A model generated the notes under the pieces. It was not told the origin of the DNA. It searched no databases and was given only the letters and a program-made list of their open reading frames with translations. A stretch of DNA of 63,980 nucleotides, counting the filler, from an uncultured bacterium (GTDB lineage Bacteria > CAYJOG01), in NCBI GenBank assembly GCA_964371695.1. It is 5 parts of 5 records of this genome, joined end to end, with 100 filler letters (N's around TTAATTAATTAA, not from the genome) between each part and the next. Parts side by side here need not be neighbours in the genome. Positions count along the whole stretch, not along the records: positions 28,009 to 41,804 come from CAYJOG010000027.1; 4 more parts are not named here. One strand, given 5' to 3'. This document shows, in pieces, positions 30,379 through 40,091 of the stretch. Made by a program: the position numbers and the translations under genes. Position 1 is the stretch's first letter, and every line of letters starts with the position of its first letter.

Positions 30379-30400
30379 AAAATGACTTGCGAGTCATTTT
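30379..30400. promoter_or_regulatory. Palindromic operator candidate AAAATGACT-TGCG-AGTCATTTT
   Basis: Perfect 9-bp inverted repeat immediately before the GGAGG RBS of the hydrolase gene. Confidence 0.55.
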
Positions 30401-30413
30401 TGGAGGTCCATCC

Positions 30414-31295
30414 ATGCCCCTTACGGTTACCCATCATCCAGACCTGTTGCACCGAGACATCCACCGCCAGTGCTGGCGCATTGGCGGCCAGACGGTGTGG
30501 GGCGTGCAGGGCGGCGAAAACAGCCCCGGCCAGCACCTGCCCCCCGTGCTGGTGCTCCACGGCCTGGGCAGCGACATAGACGAATACCAGCCCCTGTTCA
30601 GCACACTGGGACAACACCGGCGTTTTCTGGCCTATGACCACCCCGGTTTTGGCCCCCACGCCCACGACGTGCAGGCCGTGAGTGTGGAAGCAATGGCCGA
30701 CGTGGCCGCCGGTGTGATTGAGCAGATCGCCGGTGAGCCGGTGGACCTGATGGGGGCCAGCATGGGGGGTCTGGTGAGCCTGTGCCTGATGGCCCGTTAT
30801 CCGCATCTGGTGCAGCGGGGTGTGCTGATGGCCCCCGCCGGAGCCAGCACCCACCGCCCGGCGCAGTCGCGGGCGCTGGCTTTCATGGCCCGGCAGATGC
30901 ACACCCCCTGGGCACAGGCGGCCTGGCTGCTCACCATGCTCAAGCTCTCGCAGGACAACATCCCCGAACCCTTCACCCGCTGGCAGTGGCTGCGGCGTTT
31001 TTCGCGGCGGCGCTGCCGCACCGAATTTGGCGCGCAGGGGGCGAACTTTTTGAGCGCCGCCTCGGCGGTGCTGGCCTCTGGCAACGGGGCGGACTGGGCC
31101 AGGCAGGTGCAACAGCCCGTGCTGATTCTGCAGGGCACAGCCGACACCATTGTGCCGGTGTCCAGCTCCGAGCAATATCTGCGGCTGCTGCCGGGCGCGC
31201 AAATGGAGATTCTTGAGGGCGGGTTTCATTCCATGCCCATCCTGCATCCCCAGTGGGTGCTGGAAACCGCCCTGCCCTGGCTGGCGGGTGAATAG
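30414..31295 (+). CDS. Alpha/beta fold hydrolase
   Basis: VLHGLG oxyanion motif, YDHPGFG, nucleophile elbow GASMGG, GTADTIVP, catalytic His (GFHS). Confidence 0.9.
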   Translation: MPLTVTHHPDLLHRDIHRQCWRIGGQTVWGVQGGENSPGQHLPPVLVLHGLGSDIDEYQPLFSTLGQHRRFLAYDHPGFGPHAHDVQAVSVEAMADVAAGVIEQIAGEPVDLMGASMGGLVSLCLMARYPHLVQRGVLMAPAGASTHRPAQSRALAFMARQMHTPWAQAAWLLTMLKLSQDNIPEPFTRWQWLRRFSRRRCRTEFGAQGANFLSAASAVLASGNGADWARQVQQPVLILQGTADTIVPVSSSEQYLRLLPGAQMEILEGGFHSMPILHPQWVLETALPWLAGE

Positions 31296-31689
31296 AGCAA
31301 ATTCATAGTAAATGAAGACAAGAAAGGGCACTTGGCTGCGGGGCAAAAATAGCCAGCCCTGCTTATATTTTCTGGTTCGCCGGTTTCATCCGTGAAACCT
31401 TGCAAACAACGCCGCACGGCTCAGCCCGACCCAAAAAAGGTTGCATTGATCAAATATTTATGTTGGGACAAGCCTTTCTTCAAGCCCCCACCGTGCTTCA
31501 CCGGCGGCGGAATCGGCCATCCATGGCCTCTGGCCACGGGTGTCGCCACCATTGGCGGGTGGTCTACATCTACTTCGATAATGCTCTAGATCGCCCAACA
31601 TGACCCACGTCATATTTTTTGAATAAACTCGCCCCACCCGCCGCGCCCACCATCGCAAAATGAAAGGTTCACCCCCCTGGGGCACCGGC

Positions 31690-33219
31690 ATGAACGTGGT
31701 TCTCCTTCATCCTCCGCTTCGCACTCACCGGCGCAACATCGCCAGCGGCATTGTGTCGCCACCCCTGTGGGCCGCGCTGCTGGCCCCGCTGGTGCAGCAG
31801 CAGGGCCACACCGTGAGCGTGGTGGACACCGTGGGCGAAGCGCCGGACCACCTCTGGCCCCACGGCGGCGGCTGGTTCCGGGGCCTGGACTTTGCCGCCA
31901 CCGCCCGGCGCATTCACCCTGAAACCAACGTGGTGCTGGTGTCGTGCATGTACTCGTCGTCGTGGCCCATGGTGCGGGATCTGCTGGCGCACCTGATGCC
32001 GCTGTTGCCGCAGGCGGTTTTTGTGGTGGGGGGCGAGCACACCTCGGCGCTGCCCGAAACCGTCTTCGCCCAGTCCGCCGCCCAGGTGATTGTGCTGGGC
32101 GAAGGCGAAGAAACCCTCACCGAACTGCTGGCCCGGCTTGAGACACAAAACATCCGCCACCTAAACCTGCATGGTGTGCGGGGAACGTGGTGGCGCGACG
32201 CCGCTGGCGTGGTCCATGCAGAAAACCCGCGCCCCCGCCTGCGCCAACTGGACGACCTGCCCCAGGCCGACTGGTCGCTGCTGCCCATGGACAGTTATTT
32301 TTCGCTTCGGGCCGGCCACGGCAGCGACCAGGGGTTTTACCTGCCCATGCTGGCGAGCCGGGGGTGCCCCTATCGCTGCACCTTCTGCGCCAGCCCCGCC
32401 AGTTGGGGCGCGCCCTGGGTGGCCCGCAGCCCGGCGCGGGTGGTGCAGGAAATGCTTCAGCACCACGCCCGCTACGGCGTGTCAGACTTCCACTTCACCG
32501 ACCTCACCATGTTGGGGTCCAGGGAGTGGATGCACGATTTCTGCCACGCGCTCATTGAAAAACAGGCGAGTCTCACGTGGCAGATTCCCACCGGCACCCG
32601 CAGCGAACACATGAGCGCTGAACTGGCGGCGCTCATGAAACAGGCGGGATGCACGCATCTTTCTTTCGCCATCGAGTCGGGCGACCCCGACATGCTGGGG
32701 CGCGTGGGCAAACAGCTCAACCTGCAAAAACAGCGCCAGAGCGCCCGTGCGGTGCTGCGGTCGGGCCTCCACCTGTTCGGATTTTTCATCATTGGGTTTC
32801 CGCAGGAGACCTGGGCAAGCCTGTGGCGCACCTGGGGGCAGGTGATGCGCTACGCCGCCATGGGCATGCACGAAATCCACGTGAGCGCCTTTGCCCCCGT
32901 GCCCGGCTGCACCGAGTTCCGCATGATGCAGCAGAGCGGGCGCATCACGGTGGACGACGATTTTCTCACCCGCATTTTCAACTGGGCCACGCTGGGACAT
33001 CAGGAAACTTTCTGCCCGGCGTTTTCCACACGCGCCCTGCGGGCGCTGGTGTTTTTTTTCTTCACCAGTTTTTTTGTGGTGAGTTGGGCGCTGCGCCCAT
33101 GGCGGCCCCTGGGCGAGTTGTGGAGCCTGCTGGTGCATCGCAGGCCCAGCGGCAAACTGGTGCGGGTGCTGCGCAGTTTTTGGGGCATAAGGCGGTTACA
33201 GGCCAAATCGGGGCCGTGA
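31690..33219 (+). CDS. Cobalamin-binding radical SAM protein
   Basis: N-terminal B12-binding domain (VVGGEH, GEGEET), SRGCPYRCTFC, AIESG, FIIGFPQET. Confidence 0.92.
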   Translation: MNVVLLHPPLRTHRRNIASGIVSPPLWAALLAPLVQQQGHTVSVVDTVGEAPDHLWPHGGGWFRGLDFAATARRIHPETNVVLVSCMYSSSWPMVRDLLAHLMPLLPQAVFVVGGEHTSALPETVFAQSAAQVIVLGEGEETLTELLARLETQNIRHLNLHGVRGTWWRDAAGVVHAENPRPRLRQLDDLPQADWSLLPMDSYFSLRAGHGSDQGFYLPMLASRGCPYRCTFCASPASWGAPWVARSPARVVQEMLQHHARYGVSDFHFTDLTMLGSREWMHDFCHALIEKQASLTWQIPTGTRSEHMSAELAALMKQAGCTHLSFAIESGDPDMLGRVGKQLNLQKQRQSARAVLRSGLHLFGFFIIGFPQETWASLWRTWGQVMRYAAMGMHEIHVSAFAPVPGCTEFRMMQQSGRITVDDDFLTRIFNWATLGHQETFCPAFSTRALRALVFFFFTSFFVVSWALRPWRPLGELWSLLVHRRPSGKLVRVLRSFWGIRRLQAKSGP

Positions 33220-33918
33220 TCACTCCTCGCCAATCGCGCCAATCGCCAGGCGCTTGAGCAACCCCGCCCGCCACAGTCCCGCCAGTGCCGGGCAGGCCGC
33301 CAGCGAGAGGGTCTCGGCGGCGTTGTCCCGTGGGTGGTGTTTGATGAACGTGGCGCGGGACACGGTGAAATGCGCAAAGGGCCTTTCGGTGAGTTTCAAC
33401 GTGTCGCCCGCCTGCACTTCGCCCTCTTGCATCACACGAAAATACCAGCCCGACCGCCCCGTGCGGATGACCTCTTTAATCAAGCCCTTGTCACCCCAGC
33501 GCCCCGCCAGTTTCCAGCAGGGGTCGCGGGGCTGGGACACCTGCACCACCGCGCCCCCCAGTTCAAACACGTCGCCGATGCACACCCCCGTTTCGTCCAG
33601 GCCCGACAGCGTGAAGTTTTCACCAAATCCCCCCGCCCTGATTTCCTTCATCGCAGGCCGTTTTCGCCACTCGGCGTAATGATCCCCGCAATAAGCCAGG
33701 GCGGCTTTCTCCGGCCCACCATGCACCAGGGGCGTGGCCTGTTCATCCTGCGCCAGACCGGTGCGGGAAAGAAAAACAGGCCCCGCCACCGGCTCTTTGA
33801 AAATGGCGCTGCGGAACGGTTTTGGTTTTGGGCCGGGCAGGTCCGCTGCCCCCAACTGGCGCACACGGCCCACCTGCAACGACAACAGTTTTGCCTCAGA
33901 TTCTGTTTTGGTGGACAT
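33220..33918 (-). CDS. MOSC domain protein (YiiM-like)
   Basis: SAIFKEPV, HGGPEKA, GGFGENFT, QVSQPRDPCWKL, GRSGWYFRV. Confidence 0.92.
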   Translation of the reverse strand: MSTKTESEAKLLSLQVGRVRQLGAADLPGPKPKPFRSAIFKEPVAGPVFLSRTGLAQDEQATPLVHGGPEKAALAYCGDHYAEWRKRPAMKEIRAGGFGENFTLSGLDETGVCIGDVFELGGAVVQVSQPRDPCWKLAGRWGDKGLIKEVIRTGRSGWYFRVMQEGEVQAGDTLKLTERPFAHFTVSRATFIKHHPRDNAAETLSLAACPALAGLWRAGLLKRLAIGAIGEE

Positions 33919-33922
33919 GGCT

Positions 33923-35221
33923 TTAGCCCCGCGCCACCGAGAGTTTCAAAAAGTGCGCCGCGCAGGAGATGCAGGGATCGTAATTGCGGATGAAGCCCTC
34001 GGCCAGCGCGCCCAGTTGTTCATCGGGCAGGTGCAGGTTTCGCGTCACCAGCAACCGCAGGTCCGCCTCGATCTGGCCCTGGTTCTGACTGGTGGGCGGT
34101 GTGATGACGGCGTTCTCAATCAGGCCCTTTTCATCCACGGCGTAGCGGTGAACCAAAATGCCCCGCGGGGCCTCGGTGGTGGCCGCCCCCTCGCCCGCTC
34201 TGACCGTGACGGCCACGTGGGGCACGGACACGTCCAACCCCTCCTGCACCAGCCCCAGGGCGTCTTCAAAAACCTGCGTCATTTCGATGCAGCGGGCGAT
34301 GATGCTGCGGTAGGGGTTGCGCTCTGTGGCGGGGTCATAACCGGCGTCCGTCATGGCCGTTTGGGCGGCGGGCAAAAGCTGCTGGTGGTTGTGAAAAAGC
34401 CGCGCCATGGGGCCTACCAGATAACTTCCCCCGCCCTTGCGCCGGGCGTGCAGCGCCGTGCTGTGGGGCAACTGGAACTCTTCAAAGTGGGTGTCAAAAT
34501 CGCCGTTGCCAAGACGCAGGCCGCTGCTGCTCACCATGTCGCCGTGGTTGAAGGGATACTCCCCCTCACCCTTGAGCGAGACAAACTCGTAGTCGCTTTC
34601 AAAGGTCGAGTATTTGAGTGTCGCCGCCCAGGCGGTGGCCTGTGCCGCCGCCGTGACACCCCAGGACAGGTCGTCTTCCAGGGCGTGTAGTTCCTCGGTC
34701 GGCGGCAGGCCATGAAAACCTCCCACGCAGGGCGAAATGGGATGCACCGCCCGGCCCCCCAGCACCTCCAGCAGGCGGTTGCCGATTTTTTTCAGGCGCA
34801 GGCCCAGGCGCACGATGTCCGGGTGCTGGCGCGCCATGGCAATGCCGCTTTCAAAACCGAGAAAGTCCGGCCCGTGCAGCAGAAACTCGTGCAGCGGGTG
34901 AATTTAATTCCACTCGCCGAAATAAAAAAGACGCCGCAGGCGGCGCAGGGGCGCGGGCAGTTCCACCCCCAGGGCGTTCTCCAGGGCATGCACCGCGCTC
35001 ATCTGATAAGCCACGGGGCAGATGCCGCAGATGCGCGCCACCATGTCTGGCACTTCCGAAAAATGCCGCCCCCGCAGAAACGCCTCAAAAAACCGGGGGG
35101 GTTCATAAATGCGCAGGTTGAGGGTTTCTACCTCACCGCCCCGCACCACCACGTCCAGCGCACCCTCGCCCTCGACGCGTGTAAGGGTGTGAATGTGCAG
35201 TTCGCGGTTCTGCTCAGTCAT
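33923..35221 (-). pseudogene. hydA: Group 3b [NiFe]-hydrogenase large (alpha) subunit, interrupted by an in-frame TAA at 34904-34906
   Basis: [19 protein letters not shown]1 motif RICGICP and L2 motif YDPCISCAAH lie in one 433-codon frame with a single internal stop. Could be a sequencing error. Confidence 0.8.
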
Positions 35222-35996
35222 GACGGGTTACCATTTTCGCCGTTTTTTCATTCACCGGCGCGGCGGGGTGAATGAGCGCAAAGGCGCGGGCGAGCGCCGA
35301 CGTGTCGTGCCCCTGCTGCCCAAGCCAGTGCAGAAAGCTGCTGGTGTTGGCGGGCTGGCTGGGGCCAAAACAGCCGTAACACCCCCGGCCATAAGCGGGG
35401 CAGATGGCCCCGCAGCCGCCGTGTGTCACCGGCCCCAGGCACAGGGTGTTGCGGGTCACCATCAGGCAGGCCACGCCCCGCTGCTTGCATTCCAGGCACA
35501 CCGACTGGGGCGTGGTGAGGGGTGCGCGCTCTGCCGCAAAAGCCAGAATCACCTCTTTGAGTTGCTCCTTGTTCACGGGGCAGCCCTGCAACTCAAAATC
35601 CACTGGGATGTGCGCCGAAATGGGCGTGCTGTGGGCCAGGGTTTGCAGCATTTCGGGCTGTGGATAAACACAGGCGAGAAAGTCTTTCACGTCGGCAAAA
35701 TTACGCAACGCCTGAATGCCCCCCGTGGTGGCGCAGGCTCCGATGGCCACCACACGCCGCGACACCCGCCGCACCCACCGGATGCGTTCTTCGTCATGGG
35801 GCGTGGTGATGGAGCCTTCCACCAGACTCACGTCAAAGGGGCCGTCGCTCAGGCCGCTCTTTGCTTCGGCAAAGTGCTGGATGTCCACCTTTTGCGTGAG
35901 GGTGAGCAGTTCGTCTTCCAGCGCCAGAATGCTGAGCTGGCAGCCGTCGCAACTGGCGAACTTGTGCACCGCGAGTGTGGGGAGGCTCTCAGAAAT
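35214..35996 (-). CDS. hydD: Group 3b hydrogenase small (delta) subunit
   Basis: [37 protein letters not shown]…GCGAICP…GCYGCFG. The RBS GGAGGTG precedes ATT at 35996; the first canonical start is GTG at 35969. Confidence 0.9.
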   Translation of the reverse strand: MSESLPTLAVHKFASCDGCQLSILALEDELLTLTQKVDIQHFAEAKSGLSDGPFDVSLVEGSITTPHDEERIRWVRRVSRRVVAIGACATTGGIQALRNFADVKDFLACVYPQPEMLQTLAHSTPISAHIPVDFELQGCPVNKEQLKEVILAFAAERAPLTTPQSVCLECKQRGVACLMVTRNTLCLGPVTHGGCGAICPAYGRGCYGCFGPSQPANTSSFLHWLGQQGHDTSALARAFALIHPAAPVNEKTAKMVTRHD

Positions 35997-36843
35997 GCGC
36001 CACCTCCATCAGCGGGCGCAACGTTTCCCACGCATAAATGGGGCCATCCAGGCACGTGAAATGAGGCCCCAACTGGCAGCGGCCACACAGCCCCACGGCG
36101 CAGTTCATGGTGCGCTCGGTGCTGAGAAAAACCTGGGGCGGCGGCACACCCAGCGCCAGCGCGCCCGCCGCCACGGCGGTCATCATGGGTTCGGGGCCGC
36201 AGGTGAACACCACGGTTTCGCGGGGCGCGCCCACAAGCGGCTCCAGATAACCCGTGGCCAGACCCGCGCCGTGGGGCCAGCCGGGGGGGGCGCAATCCAG
36301 CACACGGCGCACGGTCACGCCCTGGGCAATCAGCGTGTCATAAAGCGGTTGATACACCAGACGGCCAATGGTTTTCGCCGCCGCCACCAGTGTCACGCTG
36401 GCAAATCGCCCCGGCTGATTCAAAGCCGCATGCACCACACCCATGAGGGGTGGAATGCCCACGCCGCCCCCCACCAGCAGCAGGTGTTTGCCCACCGCCT
36501 GCGCCAGGGGCCACCCGCCGCCATAAGGCCCCCGCGCCCAGGCGGTGTCGCCGGGTCTTAGACCCGCGAGCCAACCCGTCACGCGCCCCACGCGGGCGAT
36601 GGTGTGTTGCACCGCCGTGGGCAGGGCCGGGTCGCTGGCGATGGAAATGGCCGCCTCGCCCACACCCGGCGCATAAAGCATGTTGAACTGGCCGGGCTGA
36701 AAGCTGTAATCCGGCGCGCCTGCGGTCATGTCCAGCGTGAGGGTGAACAGGCCGTCGCCTTCTTCTTCAAACCCCAGCACGGGCACGGCGCGGGGCGCGA
36801 GCAGCGTGAGCGGCGAAGGCGGGTGGTTGTTGGCGAAGTTCAC
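35989..36843 (-). CDS. hydG: Group 3b hydrogenase gamma subunit (FAD/NAD-binding, 2Fe-2S)
   Basis: FQPGQFNML, GEAAISI, RGPYG, GGGVGIPP, CGPEPMM, MNCAVGLCGRCQLG…CLDGPI. Confidence 0.92.
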   Translation of the reverse strand: MNFANNHPPSPLTLLAPRAVPVLGFEEEGDGLFTLTLDMTAGAPDYSFQPGQFNMLYAPGVGEAAISIASDPALPTAVQHTIARVGRVTGWLAGLRPGDTAWARGPYGGGWPLAQAVGKHLLLVGGGVGIPPLMGVVHAALNQPGRFASVTLVAAAKTIGRLVYQPLYDTLIAQGVTVRRVLDCAPPGWPHGAGLATGYLEPLVGAPRETVVFTCGPEPMMTAVAAGALALGVPPPQVFLSTERTMNCAVGLCGRCQLGPHFTCLDGPIYAWETLRPLMEVAHF

Positions 36844-37943
36844 GGCGCACCGTCTTTTGTGTTACGAATGGCGGCGACTTCTTCGGTCAGGTCAATGCCC
36901 ACGGGGCACCAGGTGACACACCGCCCGCAACCCACGCAGCCGCTCGCGCCAAACTGCTCGTGCCAACTGTCCAGCTTGTGGGTGAGCCACTGGCGGTAAC
37001 GATGGGCCGTGTGGGGCCGTTGCTGGCCGCCGTGCATCTGGCCAAAACCCTCGGCAAAACAACTGTCCCATCGGCGGGTGCGCACGGCTTCGTCCATCAG
37101 CAGATCGGTGGTGTCTTCCACCGCCGAGCAAAAACAGGTGGGGCAGGCCATGGTGCAGTTGGTGCAGCTCAGGCACCGATCCCCCACCACCTGCCAGCGG
37201 GGGTGATTGAGGTTGTCCAGCAACAGGCCGGGCAGGTCGCGGGTGTCCAGCACGCGCCCCATGCTGGCGGCGGACTGCTGCACCAGCTCGCGCTCGGCGT
37301 GTAACTGATCCGCCGTGGTGTGGCTCAGGGTCAGGCTGTCCATCACGCCGCGCCCGGCGTCGGAGCCAGGCAAAAGCACGAAGCCCTCGTCCAGTTCCGT
37401 GAGGGTGAGGTCCGCCCAGGGGGGCGCGGCGGGGCCGGTGTCCATGCTGGCGCAGAAACACATCTCGCCGGGCCGGGCGCACTGCACCGCCACAAAAAAA
37501 GCCTCCTCCCGCCGGGCGGCATAGTGGGGGTCGTGTTGTCCCATCACGCGGTCCTGCACCGCCACGGCGGCCAGCTCGCAGGGGCGAATGCCGAAAAACG
37601 CCAGGGGGGCCTGGGGCGGGTCCAACGTCATTTTTGCCTGCGCGCCGGGCGAGGGGGCAAGGGGCAACCGCATGATTTCCTGACGGGGTGAAAAGAAAAA
37701 CCGCTTGGGGCTGTCCGGCCCCACCACGAAGTCAAAATACCGTCCGGAGTTTTCCTGATGCAGCACATATCGCCCGCCGTGCTGTTCGTCACGCACGCCC
37801 ACCGGGTGATGGCTGAGGTCGTGAATGGGCCGGTAGACCACCGCGCCATTTTCCACCACCGGGCCAATCACCCGGTAACCCGCCCCCACCAGCGCCTGCA
37901 CCAGATCCTCCAGTTTTTCTTTGGGCAACCAGCGCGATGACAC
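36840..37943 (-). CDS. hydB: Group 3b hydrogenase beta subunit (4Fe-4S dicluster)
   Basis: GIRPCELAA, CFCASM, CLSCTNCTMACPTCFC, RYRQWLTHK, CVGCGRCVTWCPVGID. Confidence 0.93.
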   Translation of the reverse strand: MSSRWLPKEKLEDLVQALVGAGYRVIGPVVENGAVVYRPIHDLSHHPVGVRDEQHGGRYVLHQENSGRYFDFVVGPDSPKRFFFSPRQEIMRLPLAPSPGAQAKMTLDPPQAPLAFFGIRPCELAAVAVQDRVMGQHDPHYAARREEAFFVAVQCARPGEMCFCASMDTGPAAPPWADLTLTELDEGFVLLPGSDAGRGVMDSLTLSHTTADQLHAERELVQQSAASMGRVLDTRDLPGLLLDNLNHPRWQVVGDRCLSCTNCTMACPTCFCSAVEDTTDLLMDEAVRTRRWDSCFAEGFGQMHGGQQRPHTAHRYRQWLTHKLDSWHEQFGASGCVGCGRCVTWCPVGIDLTEEVAAIRNTKDGAP

Positions 37944-38028
37944 GACGGCATCTTATTTCATGAAATTCCCCAATCCTTTTTTCCCTCTCCTTTTGTTTCA
38001 GGCGGTTGACTATGCTGTTCGGGTTTCC

Positions 38029-39918
38029 ATGCTCCGCCCCCTGGCCATCACGCCGTTTCTGAAACTCCAGGGCATACGTCTGTGGCGACGGCCGGGCACG
38101 CTGTTGCTGGTGCTGGTGGCCACCACAACCCCCGCCGCGCCGTTCTGGTTTCTCATGCCCTTCTGGTTTGCCCGCTGGGGGCCGGGGGCGGCGGCCATGA
38201 ACAGCGCACTGGCGGTGGGGGCCAGCGGAGCCTTTGTGTTTTGTCTGGTGCTGGGGTTGCTCACCGCCAGCACGCTTAACCTCAGCACCGGCGCACGGCA
38301 AGAGGCCCTGCTGCTCACCGGGCTGAAACCGGGGGCTGCCCTGCTGGGCAATACGCTGGCCTTTGGCGGCCTGGCGCTGATGGTGGTGCTGGGCCTGTTG
38401 CCGGTGGGGATGATGGTGTCGGCGGCGGGAGGCCTGGGCATGAACGCCATCACGGGCTGGATGCTGCTGATTTTTGCCTGGGCCATGGTGGCGTTTTGTC
38501 TGTGCCAGTTTTTCGCCACAGGGGCCAGCAACCGCGCCACCGCCGCGCCGGTGTTCGCCGCCGCGCTGCTGGGCCTGCTGCTGATGTTGTGGTGCGTGGC
38601 CGACCTGGGCCGCCTGGGCCTGGGCGCGCCCAGCACACCGCCGCCCATGTGGCAGGCCATGGCCTGCGGGCCGCTGGCTCAGTTGCGTTTTCATCTGGGC
38701 GGGAACACCTGCCCCGCCCTGCCCCAGGCGGCGGCTTGGCCGTTGATGCTGTTCTGGTTTGGCGCGGGGCCGGTTTTGCTGGCGGGGGTTTTTCTGCTGC
38801 TGGCGGTGTGGCGTGTCAACGCCCAACTCAGCGAAACCAGTCGCACCACCGGGGGCATGGCCCACCAGTCGCGCCCCTCGCGGTTTTTTTCAGACACGGG
38901 CAACCTGGTGCTGGCGCTGGAATGGCGCGTGAAGAGCCTCATCAGCCAGCGCGTGCTGTGGGGCCTGAGCGCCACGGTGGCCCTGGTGTGGGTGATGGTG
39001 GGGCTGTCGCTGAAAAACCTGCTGCCGGGCACGGCCTGGCTCAATCCCCTGGCGGGGCCGCTGGCGGCAGGTTATCTGGGTCTGCTGCTGCTGGGCGGCG
39101 CGGTGCTGGTGAGCCTGTCGTTTGCCCAGGACGCCCGGCAGAACCACCTGAGCCTGCTGCGCATTACGCTGGTGCGCGCCGAAGAAGCCGTGGACGGCAA
39201 AACCCGCGTGCTGGTGCGCCGCCTGTTGTTGTCCCACCTGTTGGCCACGCTGGCGCTGCTGCCCACCCTGGGGGTGGGCCACGCCCTGGCCTTTGGCCTG
39301 ATTGGCTGGGGTTATCTGTGGCTGGGCGTGGGGCTGGGGCTGTCGGTGTCGCGGCCCGACCAACCCCCCGCCCAGGCCATGCTGGCCTGCGCCGTGGCGG
39401 TGCTGGCGGCCTGGGTGGTGAGCGTTTCGGTAGAAGCCCCGGTGAACCTCGTCATCATGCTGCTGCAAAACAGCAGCTACGCCCAGTGGCCGCCGGTGGC
39501 CTCGCTGGTGTTTTCGCTCAGGCTGCTCACGCGGTTTTCCTTCAGCAACGCCATGGGGGCTATTGAGCCGCTGTTTGCTGCGTTGCCCGTGGGGCCGGGG
39601 CTGGGGGCCGCCATGATGCACGGCGTGATCGCCGCAGTGGCGGGGCGACTTTTGAGCGCCAGCGCACGGCGGAACTTCATGTCGTATTGGCGCACCGGCC
39701 AGTGGGGAAAGGGGGTGACCCTCACCGGCGTGGCGGGCGAAAAAAACTGGTCACTGATGGGCGAGCGACAGGTGGCGGTGCCCATTGGCCGGGGACAGGA
39801 CCTGGTGGACCCGGAGCGGGGCGTGACCCTGTCGGAACTGAATGTGGTGCTCAACCCCCACACACAGGGCGGCGCCCTGCCCCCCTATGCCCAGGGGGGA
39901 CAAAAGCGGGAGACGTAG
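38029..39918 (+). CDS. Polytopic membrane protein, duplicated ABC-2 permease-like
   Basis: Many TM segments. Two permease-like motifs: ARQEALLLTGLKPGAALLGN and DARQNHLSLLRITLVRAEEAVDGK. Confidence 0.65.
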   Translation: MLRPLAITPFLKLQGIRLWRRPGTLLLVLVATTTPAAPFWFLMPFWFARWGPGAAAMNSALAVGASGAFVFCLVLGLLTASTLNLSTGARQEALLLTGLKPGAALLGNTLAFGGLALMVVLGLLPVGMMVSAAGGLGMNAITGWMLLIFAWAMVAFCLCQFFATGASNRATAAPVFAAALLGLLLMLWCVADLGRLGLGAPSTPPPMWQAMACGPLAQLRFHLGGNTCPALPQAAAWPLMLFWFGAGPVLLAGVFLLLAVWRVNAQLSETSRTTGGMAHQSRPSRFFSDTGNLVLALEWRVKSLISQRVLWGLSATVALVWVMVGLSLKNLLPGTAWLNPLAGPLAAGYLGLLLLGGAVLVSLSFAQDARQNHLSLLRITLVRAEEAVDGKTRVLVRRLLLSHLLATLALLPTLGVGHALAFGLIGWGYLWLGVGLGLSVSRPDQPPAQAMLACAVAVLAAWVVSVSVEAPVNLVIMLLQNSSYAQWPPVASLVFSLRLLTRFSFSNAMGAIEPLFAALPVGPGLGAAMMHGVIAAVAGRLLSASARRNFMSYWRTGQWGKGVTLTGVAGEKNWSLMGERQVAVPIGRGQDLVDPERGVTLSELNVVLNPHTQGGALPPYAQGGQKRET

Positions 39919-39964
39919 CCGGATGATTCAGTTCATTCGACTCATATCAGATTCCTTTTCGGGA

Positions 39965-40060
39965 TCCCTGAAAAAACCCTGTTGGGTGACGCCTTCGGCG
40001 TTTTTTTGCTCCCGGCGGGACGCCGGGGCTACCCATAAACCTGACAGCAATGGACACCGC
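39965..40060. repeat. GTAG-family REP copy
   Basis: Near-identical to 30223-30319; lies between convergent genes. Confidence 0.85.
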
Positions 40061-40091
40061 ACCGACTCTACATTTTTAAACAAATGAAACA

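Noticed and set aside
34904-34906. Selenocysteine or genetic-code reassignment in hydA
   Set aside because: The codon is TAA, not TGA, and is not at a Cys position. TAA ends other genes normally (hemB, imuB).
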